In this document: in pieces, positions 13,044-26,320 of the stretch | Layout of the letters: each line of letters begins with the position of its first letter | Position numbering within the stretch: the first letter of the stretch is position 1 | DNA from: Trichosphaerium sp. ATCC 40318 | Lineage: Eukaryota > Protista > Tubulinea | NCBI GenBank assembly: GCA_038496445.1 | Contig: JALMLS010000281.1 | Location: forward strand, 1-64,000 | Direction of reading: 5' to 3' | DNA: 64,000 bases | Made by a program: the position numbers and the translations under genes | The notes under the pieces: generated by a model | What the model saw: the letters and a program-made list of their open reading frames with translations, nothing else | Database searches by the model: none | What the model was told of the DNA's origin: nothing

Positions 13044-14153
13044 AGTCAGAAAAATAAGAAGGTACTTGGATGGTAAAAGGGGAGAAAAAAGTTCAAATAA
13101 AATCGAAAAATCTGAGAGTTTTCATACATATATCACGTGTTCAGTAAACAAAATGCAATGTATAGCTAAAACAGCTGTTCAAGTATCTCTACTTTGGTAA
13201 AGAGTGGTCTACGAGGCATCTTTTTAAACGAGTTCAGCAAAAAACCATTTTTCCCTGATTTACAAACCATTGTAGGTGATATTCCCGCGGAATACTTCAA
13301 CTCGGAATGCCCGCGAAGAAAGTGGAGCTAGACTATTAGAGCATTGACTACAGTGGCTTTCGTAGAAATAAACAGTCCTGAGTTCACATAAAATTCTTAT
13401 GTGGCCAAACAAGTCAAAAAGGCTTTTACCATTCGTGTTATTTTCTGAACAGCTCTCTTAGACTTACTTTGATATGAACTCATTTTATGTTTATCGTTCA
13501 ATTCTGTTCGTAGTAACAGGTTGCGTTCCAATATTTGAAAACTAATGCATCATGCATTTACACCCGAAAACACAAATGACTACAAAATAGGTAGCAATGG
13601 TTGTTTATCGCCTTTGACTAGTTGCTGGAAGCGCACGTGATTTTTAGTGTAGAAACGGAAAATCTATATGGCCGACCTGTTCTGAAAGTACCGTAATTCT
13701 GTCATCTTTAAATACGCAACCAAAAAGGCTAAACTTTTGCACTAGTATATGTACGAGGCACAACTTTGTCCCGTAAAATTTCGCTCATAAACATGTCACT
13801 TTTCAACCCGAACACGCCATTTGCATGAAATATTGTATTCACCACTATAACCTAAGCAAACCTGAAAAACCGGCTGATCAGTGAATGTTCTTTTGGTATT
13901 CCGAAGTTAGCTATTATCTGAGGACTCAACTAAACGAAGTTGGGTGTCCACAGCAGAGGCAATAATTTGTTATCTAACACTATTACGTAGTTATGGTATA
14001 CAAATCAATCTAAACAAAATTGTACAGAGCTCTGTAATTGAAAGGGTAAACACTTTGTGAAATAAAATCTGTTTATTGCAATAGTACTGTAATTTAAAGC
14101 ATCTTGATGTGATGGCATAGATCGGATTTAAATCTCATTTTCAATGATCTAGC

Positions 14154-15824
14154 TCACGCAAAAAAAGCAGCAACAGCTTTTGCATCAGAACAGTCTGGAT
14201 CAACAATACGTTTTGAGTCACCATCCTAGTTTTCCACAAACGTCAATTAAGCATTCATACTATAGCGTATGTACCTTGTTATATTTGATAAGAGTCGGAA
14301 TTGATTTCACTTGTAGAAGCTTGTGAGTTCGGTAAGGGAACTCAGGGTTGCCTAATAAAAAACACATTATGATAAATATTAGCGACACAAGGTGTTATCT
14401 GTACCCTTGTAGTCTGCGCGAATACATGGGCATTCTAGAAGAACAGCCTTTGTTTTTTCGAGATGTTCCATGAGTATTGGTTCAGCTGTGAACCTCTGTG
14501 AGATTTGCAAAGTATTTGATCAAGTACAAGAAAACAACTCACCTCTTTCGCAATCAGGGCACCACCCTTTGCCGTATAAAAGATAGATTAGAACCTTAGG
14601 AGTAAAGGAAATAACAAACTAACTAACTAGGTTTTTCGGAATCCTTTCACTAACTAACAAATCACGTGCTCAAACAAATTCTTTTTCTTTTTCTTTTCTT
14701 TCTGTTTTTTTTCTTGAGTAAAACAAACGTACTAGTTTTCTCGCTGTTAACATAAATGTACACCTCTGGTGCATTTTTGTAGCGCTCAAGGGTAGCATCA
14801 AAAACATCAGGAGATTTTACAAATACCTTAGTTAGCCCTCTAGGAACCTTTGGAGGAGGTGTACCGTCTAATAATCCAGAATAAGAAAATTTTTCGTTTG
14901 TTAGGCTTTTTTTTTATTGTTTTTTTTCATCAAAAGAAAAAAGAAATTTTGAAGCCTTTTTAAGCTTGTGCGCCTTTTAAGAACTTTTCGTAGTGTTTGC
15001 GCTCAGCCATTGCATCAGACTCAGTGCTACGATCGTATGGTGTCCATACAGGTTCGCCCTAAAAGAGACTAAGGAAGAAATACAATAAAAGTGAAAGAGA
15101 AAAACCGTTTTTAATTTTCATCGCCGTCACGTACGCAAAACAATCTCATAACTTTAGCGAAGTCTTTCTCATCGTTCTTGTAACGATGGTAGATACCTGC
15201 AGGCTAAGTAGATGAATTAGAAAAAAAGTAATTTCAGGTTTACTACAAACACGTTCAAATTACATTTTAGTATCACAAACGTGTTAATTGAGCTTAATGT
15301 GAGCGTACCAATACAATAAGATCGCCTTTTTCACAGTGCATACGAATCCATTTCTCGTCCTTTGTTCTAGCATCAAAATAACCGCTACCATCAAGGAAAA
15401 AGCTAAACAGAAAGCAAAGATTAACGGGGAAAGTCGTGGTTTCGTTAGTTTTACCGAATCTCTTCGTCAAGGTGTAAGTGCCTGTTTAAGCTAGTCAGAA
15501 TACTATACAATACATTCAAAGTAGTTGGAACGAAAAGGCAGTTGAACTTTGACCGTACTCTTTGAAAAAGCTCTTCATTTTGTCAGAGTAGTTTGGAAGA
15601 GTGCTTGGTGCGCATGTCACCTATAGAAGATTATTAGAGTGGATTACGTAATTATGACGCACAATATCGTTGTAATTGTAACCACGTTCTTTACGTATCT
15701 TAGCTAATACACCCTCTTTCTCGAAGTTGTCAGCGTCAATCTTCCAGTACAAAATGCCAATTTTTTTAATATCATCAAGAGTGAGTTTCTTCTCTGGTTC
15801 ATCAACGTAGTAAATTTTTACCAT
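14154..15824 (-). CDS. ADI1: Acireductone dioxygenase (ARD) followed by, and probably fused to, a TXNDC17/TRP14 (DUF953) thioredoxin domain
   Basis: ARD exons: [55 protein letters not shown]14 exons: [33 protein letters not shown], stop TGA 14154-14156. The two parts join only via a GC-AG intron at 14868-14973; otherwise ARD stops at 14960-14962. Confidence 0.85.
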
Positions 15825-15956
15825 TTTTACGAGTTGTTTTAGTGATCGTAGGCAACAAAAAACTATATTTCAACAAAAGTCCTTTGTGGAGTTTTTAAAG
15901 CCCAGAGTCCAAAAGTCTTGGCACCAGCAACGTTGACAATTCATACTTGACGTACA

Positions 15957-18061
15957 ATGGATAAGAAACGTAATAAGAGGTAAAATGTCGCATGGCTTTA
16001 CAAAAAACGCAAATTTCTAATCTAAAACAGCGTTTTGGCGTTCCTTGTGTCGGTAGTATTCTACTTGGCAGCTTGCGTGAGCTACACGCTACTCAATAAA
16101 TATATAATGGTTTATTTCGTCTACGAGGAAGAACAAGACACGCCAGGGTTCCGGTTTCCAATATTTCTAACTCTGTGCCGTTTGACTATTTCGTTCTTTT
16201 TATTGTACATGATGGGCGAGATCCGAGTACGGTAAGATAACGTACTATCCATTGTCATTGTTTCTACAAATTTTGATTACATTCTCACCTTGAAGTAGAA
16301 ACAGAAGCTTCCCTTTATTCGTTCCACGTACGTCGACGCGTCACAGAAACAAATACATCATTCTTAGACAAAACTAAAAACAACAAACCAAATGTCATCT
16401 TCCGACTTCAAAAAACCGTCTTACTAACCTCTCATTCATCCCACTCTTAATATAATAATTAATCTGACGTTTTGTAGGATGTACCATTAATACTGTCACT
16501 ATTCGTCGTATATTTCCGTACTCATGCATATTTTTATCAATGGTTACAATGAATATGGTTTGTTTGTACCATGTGTCAGTCTGGTACTTTCAGGTACAAT
16601 TTTATTTTTTTGATTGTTTTTGACCGAAAACCGTTTTACTGTTCTATGCGCGTATGATACGCGCTCAAGCACTCTTTTTCTTTCCGACATGAGCCACTGA
16701 AACGGATTTTACGGGTTTTTTTCGCTCACTTTTTTGACACCTTGATGTTGTTATTAAAGTCTTGTTAATAGGTTCTACGGTCATTGCTTGTACTCTTACA
16801 AGTGATACTTACTTTCTTCATGTTTGGTGGAGGTATATTAAAGTCTTGTACTGTAATGTTGATACTTGGTGGTGGTTTCTACCTTGGTACACAAGGAGAG
16901 GTATGTTATCAAGCTTGATAAAAGTCAAGAGTAGTATTTCAGTTAACGCTTTCTTTAAGGTTGCTCTTGATGCTACTGGATATTATTTCGGTATTGGTGC
17001 ATGCTTTTGCATGGCCCTTAATAACATGCTACGTGGTAAATCCTTCCAGATTGTAAATAACGACCACTGGTGCGTTTTTTTTATGTTGGAGTTCATAACA
17101 ACGTGATGTTATGTGTCATGTGATTTATCAACTTCTAACAAGGCGTATTAGGCAACTAGAAATGTATAATTCATGTCTGGCAGCTATTGTATTAACACCA
17201 TTCTTATTTGCTTCAGGAGAGTTCCAAGTACGAACTTAAAACAAAAACAACCAAAAAAAAAAGCTGTAAACAAACATAGTTTTATTAGGGTATCTTGAAC
17301 ACAGAAGGAGATCCATTTTCTATTTTCGGTACGTGTGGATATTTTGAGATGACTTTAAAGTCATCTCCGTCGACATTTCGAAATAATCGCATAAATGCTT
17401 AGTTTTCAGTCTTGTTGATTTTTCTCTTTTGCTTTTAACTTTTTTTCCCCTTTTTGACGTCATTGTTAATTTCTACTGCGTCGACAATTTACTGTAATTA
17501 CACAAACAAATTATTAGCACGAAAAATTGTTTTTTGGTTTTTTTTTAAAGTTAGCAGTAAATGAATTGAAGTCTTATTGTTATGGTAGGACTAGCACTAC
17601 TTAGTGGATTCCTTGGTTTCGCACAAAACCTTTCAGTATATTACATGATCAAAAATACGAGTTCATTTACTTCTTCTTTCATTGTAGAAATGAAGGTATG
17701 TATTCGTTGTTGAACTATCTTTCGAACAAAAGTGTCACTTTGACTAGTGCTCGCTTCTTTATTTGTTCTCTCTCTTACTTTGGTTTATAGTCTACTCTAC
17801 AATCTGTGTCTTCTCTGTACTTATTCAGCACAGCACACACTCAAGAGGTAAGAAGATTTTATTGTTGTGTTTTTTATTGACCTCTTTTTTTTATTACAGG
17901 GATATGTTGGCATTACTCTATGTGTTTTTGGTACATTACTTTATGCTTGGTTTAGATATAATGATATGAAACAATCTACAAGATCTCAGAAACACAAGGT
18001 TTTATCAGATAATGTTGCTACTGCATCAGGTGGTGATATTGAGAGTGGTAAAGAAAATTAA
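15957..18061 (+). CDS. Nucleotide-sugar transporter (SLC35/TPT family, GDP-fucose transporter-like)
   Basis: Multi-TM exons TLLNKYIM, FPIFLT, NMVCLYHVSVWYFQVLRS, GITLCVFGTLLYAWFR; many short introns. Confidence 0.75.
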
Positions 18062-18401
18062 ACAAAAAAAAAAAAAAACAAAAAAATCACTCTGTTGCAC
18101 GTGGTGGCGCTTTTTTTTTTTCGATAAGAACTTCGATTTTCAGAAAAGCGTTTTTCCTTTGTATATCAACCGCTCAACAAACCTACTACTTCCTTTTGGC
18201 ACCTGTAAATGTCACAATAAAGTCATGTAATTTTTACTCGTGACGTTTTTTTGTTAACACTTGTGATGGAAACAACAACAAAGAGAGTGAAGTAAATGCA
18301 TATGTACGGCTTCATCTCCAAATCAAATAGCACAAAAAATCAAAAAATTACTAGTTAAAGGTCAGAATCAACAAAACAAGTCACTGTTTATTCAAGACAT
18401 T

Positions 18402-19859
18402 TTAAGAAAATAACAGTGATATCAACCCAATAATTAATAAACTGTTAACAATTACAGCAAACCCTGTGCTTGTTGTACTCGGAGTATTTCCAGAAGGTGT
18501 AACTGTTGTAGGGGCCATTGTAGATGTTGGAGCGAGTGTAGTAGGAGCTGTAGGTATACTAGAATTTGGTTGCATTGTAGGAGTTGAATCACTAGGACAT
18601 GTTTTTATCTCAATAGTGTTCTTAACACAATCTCTTGTAAGCGCAACAGGGGTATCATAATTTACTACTTCAAAATCATCCGGTTGTACAGCACTAAAGG
18701 TACAAACAGGTTAAAAAAAAGCACAACAGTGGCAATATAAGTGATAAAAGAAGAAAAAAAGAGAATCTTACTCAATGTCCCTTGTTCCAAACATAAGCAT
18801 ATCCCACGTGATAGATCTTCCCATATCACTCGCTGCTGTTAAAGGTATATTTCCTCCGTCAGCTAGAAACATACCGTATTTCTTGAGTGCTTGAAGAACA
18901 ACTTTTTGATTCGCAGTGAATGAACTTTCATCAAAACTCGCTTTCAAGCGTAGTCTAACACCGTATATTGGAGAAAAAGGATCTGTAGATGATGGGCCTC
19001 CTGCGTGTGTTGCTGGAGGTATATAAAAGTCTTCTCTCATGGTAGGATTAGGTAAAATAAATCTACACATATAAGATCAGAATTCATTGTAAAATAAAGC
19101 TTCTCACCTTATTGCGTGGTCTATCTCTCCTGCTTCGATTTCCTCCGGGTAGAATAGAAGCTGAGCAATAGGAAAACCAGCTGCGTCCGCGCTTGTACAT
19201 TGTGCACCTCTCAGAGAAGAGGTATAGTCCTAAACAGGCAGTTAACTTCAAAAAATCATGAAGAGTACTTACAGAACATAGCTTCCACTCAACAATGCAA
19301 AGTGAAGAAACTTCTCCTGTTAATGGATCCACTAATGTACTAAAGCTTTCATATAAAATTTGATTTACAGTATCAACTACAATTAAATGACAGTCTCCAT
19401 CTGAGTTTTGACATAAAGTACAATCATAGCTGTCACAACCTACGCAATTTAATGTTTTGTTTACTAATCTTTTTCTGTACCTTCTAGAGCTCCGCCAACT
19501 GGCAAAGGTACTTCAGTTATATCGTCACAAGCTTCAGCATAATAACCTGATTTCGGTTTAAAGGCCTTTCGGGGAGTGGAAGCATTTGCATACAAGACCT
19601 AAAAGTAGGATCTTTAAAACACGTGTTTACTTTTGTAGCGTACATGTATTGATCTGTCTATTTGAAACCTGCCAGAGCTTCCCCAGTCTCTACCTTGTAG
19701 ATATGATATTATTTTTGAGGAGTCTGGATGGATTGCAGCTGATGTTACATCTTGGTAAAAAGGCAGTGTTTCGTCCTTAAAGAATCGAATGGCTGCGACA
19801 TTAAGAGCCAGTAGGGCTATCAACACTAGCAAAAAGTAAGCGAATAAGTAATATGGCAT
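18402..19859 (-). CDS. Secreted, probably GPI- or TM-anchored protein with a bacterial-type uncharacterised domain
   Basis: Signal peptide; GDCHLIVVD, RGAQCTSADAAGFPIAQLLF, EIDHAIRFILPN, PPATHAGGPS, YGVRLRLKASFD, LKKYGMFLADGG; Pro/Thr stalk and hydrophobic tail; five GT-AG introns. Confidence 0.8.
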
Positions 19860-20662
19860 ATAGATAGACAGTGATGGGAAGGAACGGCTTTGGAAAGCCA
19901 AAAAAAAAGATCATCTAAAAATTTTTTTTATGGGCCCAAAAATGGCTATTTAGTTCTGGTGTCACGTTCAAGTACAAATACAGCGAGACTTCGAGGTTGT
20001 AAACCAAACAACGAAGCTGTCATTTAATTGTGCGTGAATACACCAGATTCTAATATTAGCCAGCGTTGTTTTAACGCCGTTAAAACACAAGTATTTGTGT
20101 TTATTACAAATCAAGGTAGAAAGTGTATTAAACAGTTTTCACGTACATAAAAACGGTTGGCGAAGCATGGTTTGTAAATTGGCAGACGCTAAATTATTAG
20201 CACTCTACCCTAATCTGGTCAATTTATAAATCACGGTCAATAGAAATCCGATATTTTCTTCTTTAGGATTTTTAAGGGTAAAATACTGACTTGCTCAAAT
20301 GAGACAACTGAAATAAAAACAGAAAAACTATGGGTGAGAGTCATTCGGCGTAGTATCTATGCGTGAAACTTTGAGAGAGGCCATTTTTCTTTCGTTGAAT
20401 GAACTGTACCCTGTCGAGCCTATGAATGCTCGTGTGAGGTTGCAAAGGATACATTAGGCTACGCTACGTCCTAAATTGGTGTATTTGCCAATGTTGCAAC
20501 TAACGTGGAGTCAAAATCGGTCCTACTTGTCGTAGTTTAACACATTGCGCATTTACTACCGTTTCAGTGCGAAAGCTTATTAATTGAAACAGTAACGCGT
20601 CCAACGTCAACAAATCCTTTCATTACTTCATTACAACAGCAACGATACAGTATTAACGTGAA

Positions 20663-23600
20663 ATGTCTGCTGAAGAGCTTGTTTTACAGTTACATGTACC
20701 AGTATTTACAGGAACGAACGTAATTCTAACCCAAGTACCCAGGAAGCGTTTCCCGCGATAGCGCCTGATGTTATTTACGCCGCGTTAAAAGCAAACGCTT
20801 GGAACGTCGCCTCTACAGCTGCGGTATTACTGGACATGAATGAAGCTTCACCTCCAAACAAATCAGCAGATGTAATAATGATTGATGCCCACGATGACGC
20901 AGATCGCGCATACGCTCTACAATTACAACAGGTAATCTAAACGGTGATAGAAAAGGAATTATAACCAGTTGAATTACACTTATCGTTAAAACCGTTCAAA
21001 GTAATCATTTTACCCTTTAAGGCGGACAGAAAGCGCAAACAAGAGCTTGACGACGAAGCATTTGCTAGAAAACTTCAACGGACAGATTCAGGTTTGAAAA
21101 ACGCTGTTAAGCCAGATAAAAAGCCTGGGTTATCAGTATCACAGGATATAATGATGGAGAGTTCGATAATAAGCAACAAAGTGTTTTTACCTTGGGACAA
21201 CTTAGTTTCTGAACAATTCTACTTTAAGAAGCGATTTACTGACCCTGATGGACGATTACTATTAACAAATAATCAACAAGGATACTTTCATGCTTGGTTA
21301 AGGCCATTCCAGTATTGTAAAGGTACGTGATATTGAGAAGAAATGAGTACCGATCATTTTGTTTTTTTTTTGTTTTTTTTTTTGACACTTTGTTTTAGGT
21401 GAACCAAAAATGACACTTTCAAACAAATTAAGTGAGTTATGTATTACGCAATCAATAGTAGGAGATTGCTCGTTTCTATGTGCATTAACAGTAAGGTAAG
21501 AAAAATCAATGACAACGCTAGCGATGTGAAGACTTCTTTTTTTTTATTAACATGTCACAATAGTGTTTCATGGGAAAATCGGTTTAAATCTAGGCTTGTA
21601 ACGATGAATATTTACCCTCAAAATGAAAATGAGTATCCTGTATATAATCCAAGTGGTAAATATGTCATAAAGATGTTCTGGAATGGCACGTTGACTAAAC
21701 TAAACTCCGACATTTTGTTTAACTTTTTCTCTATTTGTTTTTTGTTTTCCTTTAATGTTTTCATACGTGTACATTAGTAAGTGATGAATGTTAACTCTAT
21801 TTAGGTGGTGCAAGAAAAATAGTAATTGATGATTATTTTCCTGTTGATGCTCATGGAAAACTATTGGTTTCAAGATCGAATAGTAGAAATGAACTATGGG
21901 TTTCTTTATTAGAAAAAGCTTACATGAAAGTAAGAGGAGGTTATTGTCATGGTGCTGATGCAGCAGGTTAGTATGAGTAATAATAGCATACACTCCCAAA
22001 GAACTCCAAAAGACTTTTGATTGATCCTTTTTTCAATCACGTGACATGTTTTAATTGTTTTGTAGATGACATGAACGTGTTGTTTGGCTGGATCCCTGAG
22101 CGTGTTACATTTAAAGATAGTAAAAAATTCAACGAGTACCAATGGGAACGGCTTTCTCATTCACATAAAGTTGGTCAGTGTATGGTACGTAGATAGTTAT
22201 CTGTAACAAACCGTTTCATCCACAGTCGAAAGAAATCTTTTTCATTTTTTTTTGTAGATCGTTTTAAACACAGGAGACTTGGTTGATGCTGCAAGAAGTG
22301 CAAATCATGAGATTCATGTATCTAATTTATCAAAGAAAACTGGGTTACTTACAAACCACGCTTATGCTGTACTTGATCTAAAGTACATTCATGGCTATAA
22401 GTTAGTACGCATAAAGAATCCATGGACAAAGTAAGGAGCATAAACTGGAGTTTTCAATGAATCGTTAACACTTTTTTAAGGAGACGTTGGAAGGGAAGGT
22501 TTTCTGAGAATGATGTGGAAAGTTGGACGCCTGAATTACAAAAGGAACTGTCGTATGATATTGCTGCTCAGAGACAGTTTGATAATGGTATATTTTGGAT
22601 GCTTTGGGATGATGTTTGCATGTACGTAAAATTTCTAATTGTTGGAGCGCTCTACCCTCTTTACTCCAAGAACTGTTCCTTACTTTTGTCAAGGCATTTT
22701 GAGTCCATTAGCATTGCCTGGAATCCAGCGATATTTTCATGTAGGAAATCGCTGCATGGAAGAATCGATGCAAACGCTGAGTTAGGAAGATCAGTTAATG
22801 TACGAAAATAATCATGTTTTTCTCAAAGAATTCAAAAGTGTTCCGGAACTCTTTTAAAGGCGCTAGCGATGCCTTATTCTAGTTTTTTTTCTTTTAGTAT
22901 GTTAAACATTTTGTTAAGTATATGTAGGATTTGAAGAGGTCTGGAGAAAACCAGGTGTTTCGCATAGACCCCAGGACATATCATTCAAATCCTCAATACA
23001 TTTTATCTATAAAAGCCAAGTCTGCAACTTCATTGTGGCTTCATTTACGTTGGCATATAACACACATTCGATGCCGTGATTGTATTACACTTGATATATA
23101 TAGTAATGGAGGTCGTAAAGTATTCCGTCCTAATGATAAGGGCAAGATATTTGGCGGAAGTAAGTAGAACAGAAACACTTGGTTTTTTTCTAATATTTCT
23201 AGCGTATACCTACAACTACAACTTTTTGGCTGTAGTGGACGTACCTCCAGGAGATTCTACATTCACTATTGTTGTTTGCCATAAACTAGTTGGTACGAAA
23301 TCTCAAAGTACAGTCTCCCAAACCAATTACTAACCTAAATTTCTTAACAAGACCAACAACTAAATTTTTCTCTCAATGCAAATTGTGAAGACTCAGCGTT
23401 TACATTTAATGCACTACCTGGCGCAGATGCTGTATTCAAGAAGAAAGTACGTTTGCTTACAAAAAAACTTCTCAAAATATCACGTGATTGTAAAGACAAA
23501 GACAATGTTATTTTCATGGAATCTTACACGTTATTTTTTTTTTAGATTAAAGGAGCTTGGAAAGGACCCTCAGCTGGTGGAAACATGAATTTATCAACTT

Positions 23601-25242
23601 ATGTTAATAACCCTATGTATAAACTTATTTTTAAAAACCCTGAAACATGCCAACAAACAGCTATGACAATCACTTGTCAATCAAGTACGATTTTTTATTT
23701 TTACGAATAGTCTAACGATTAACTCTTGTCTAGCCACAAAACATGCACATATTGGTATAATTCTAGCAAACACAGGTGGAACACGAGACTTTAATGCTAT
23801 TCAACCGGAGCTCGGTTCTGGTTCATACACTCAAGGCATTTCTTCTGTACAGGTAGGACTTCTTACAATTTTAATAAAATCTTGCTCACTAGTTTAGGGA
23901 CCACTTGATGTGCGAAAAGTCTATACAATAGTAGTCAGTAATTACCTTGCTAATCAAGAATGTGATTTCTTACTGGCTGTTGAATCAACATTAGCTGATT
24001 TTGATCTTATTCCATTAAATGGTAACCTTATTGTTTTAAATTTTTTTTATAGAGTTCGAATTGTACTAACGTAACCTAAGCTGCACCTAAAAATGTTGTA
24101 AAACTAAAGGGTGCTTGGACGATAAAATCGGGAGGATGTAACAACCTGTATCAAAATCCAAAGTATATGTACGTTAGGAGCTGAAAGTGATGTGATTTTT
24201 GGATTTTTTTTGAAATGAAAAATTTAATTTAATGTTCACCTACAGGTTACATTGTGATACTGGTAAAGAAACATATGTATCACTAAGATTAACGAGTATT
24301 TGTAATGTTGCACATGATAACAATGATAAATTTTACATGGAATTCCAAAAACAACAAGGTAAGCAAGACTTAGTGCTTTCTCATCTGGAAGCTGTGGAAG
24401 TGAGTACTCTGCGGCCGTCTTATACAACTATGATACCCTTGAGTATTAATCAAAGAGTGTCAAATATGAATGAGCAAACCGCTTCCACATGTGCCATACT
24501 TCCGCATGCTCCATACTGCCAGATTCTTTCACCGTTCGGCTTTCCTGTTTTTTTTTTCGAAAATGAAAAAAAGATGGAAAAAACTTTTGTTTTTGTGATA
24601 ATGCCACGGTGTGGTTAACAATCATTATAGCGTATAAAGAAATGTCTACCATTGACAAAGATAAATTTCATAGAGACCATTTTATAGCAAAGAAGAAAGA
24701 ACAAGCAGAAATTTTTAGACCTCACATCAACATAAGAATATTTCAAAAGAACAAAGAATTAGCTACTTCAAAAGCCTATCATGACATGGCATTTGTACGA
24801 TTTTTATGATCTTTTTTATCGCTCCTTTAATTGCCATTGACTTGAATTTTCACATGTAATCATTTGGTGATGTTTATAGCACTGATAAAGCAAGTGATGA
24901 ACATTGTTCCATCAGGCATTTTCTTTCGTCAATTGTTTTTTTTCCTTTGAAAAATTAACCAAATTTCGTTTAGGGTGCGGTTGTTAGCTATTTGATTAAG
25001 CCAGGATTCGAATATATGATTATATGCTCAACTTATGAGTCAGGTACACAAAGAACTTCTGCATCTGATGCTTGTTATTTTTTTTTGGGTAAAAAATAAT
25101 TCCACTTCCGATCTCTATTGAACAACTTGATTGTTAAAACTGCTACCACATCAAAATTTTGTTAACATACACCATAGGTTTACCATTCGCTTTTGAATTA
25201 AAGTGTGAAAGTGACAACCGTATTGTAATCTATCAAGTGTAA
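20663..25242 (+). CDS. Calpain-7/PalB-like cysteine protease with N-terminal CUE domain and MIU-like motifs
   Basis: Catalytic QSIVGDCSF, NHAYAVLD, KNPW; YNPSGKY, ELWVSLLEKAYMK, DNGIFW; repeated domain-III motifs (GAWKGPSAGG...NNPMY). N-terminus LHEAFPAIAPDVIYAALKANAWNVASTAAVLL fits CUE. Confidence 0.9.
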
Positions 25243-25469
25243 AAACAAAAACAAAAAAAGCCTTATTATCACAATGACTACTTAATTACGTTTGTATTAT
25301 ACTCGCTCAAAAAAGCAGAAGGGATACTGTCACAAGTACAAAGAATGACTAACAACATGTCATTGAGACAACCCCTAACTAGTTACAAACAATTCTGACT
25401 TGATGGTTATAAGAATCTTTTAAGTTGTATTTTATTTAGTTAGTGTTGATCATACAAAATACATGTCAT

Positions 25470-26223
25470 TCATTGTATCGCACATTCACCTTTTTGCCAC
25501 CGAGGCAAACTCTTAGGTGGATTAGTAGCGATATTTTTTACGCGTTCAAATAGTCTATTAACACTTGGTATATCCTTTGAAGAGCACTCCAAGTATAAAC
25601 AAGCGCCAACTTCGCGACAAACATCCTTCGCATCTCTTGGATTAACACACTGTATACCCGCCTTCTTAAACTCTTCATCATCTCTTAAATCTGATTGCAT
25701 TCCAACAACAACAATCAATGCATCAGGTGCATGAGATTTTACTTCTTCATGCCACTAGGCACGTGAGCAAGTAAAACAAATTCCATAAAAAATCACGTGG
25801 GTTTTTTTTCCCTCTTTTGCACTTACCTTGCTTATGATGCTATCGAGGGAACGGCTATTTCCTACACAGAAGCACAAAAGAACTACAGATGCGTCTTTGT
25901 AAGCCTTATGTCTTATTGGAGTATAGTCAGCTCGCCCTGCCTGAACAAGTTCGTTAGTCAGTTGAAGGTCCAAATGTGACTGCTCACTGTGTCTCTTATT
26001 ATTAAATCAAGCTCTTTGTCACAGTTTTTTATCAAGTCGTCGCCTATAGTACATTTGTTACTCCTACATTACGTTTGGCTTTGCACATGCCGTATATTGT
26101 AGGGACGTAGTCGTGAGGGAAGGAAACGGTCCCTGTAACGTAGCTATGAACTGCAGACGTCTTCCCTACAGCTATATCACCAACAAGCGTACATACATGC
26201 TTAATAGGTGTAGGATCTGTCAT
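25470..26223 (-). CDS. Rho-family small GTPase (atypical)
   Basis: VGDIAVGKTS, DYVPTIY, DTAGRADY, Rho insert after MQSDLR, YLECSS, CAAX box CAIQ; three introns, the first probably GC-AG. Confidence 0.9.
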
Positions 26224-26320
26224 AGACGCGTGTATTAGCTCGAAATTAGAGTACCGTTTAGGCTAAAAGCGTAAGCGACCTTTACTCGCGGTTAAGGCAT
26301 GCCGCTCGCTGCTACGTTGA

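Noticed and set aside
13200-14100. tRNA, rRNA or other ncRNA in the longer intergenic gaps (also 19900-20650, 28060-29150, 48750-49750)
   Set aside because: No cloverleaf, T-loop or rRNA-like sequence recognised by eye; a covariance-model search would be needed to exclude them.
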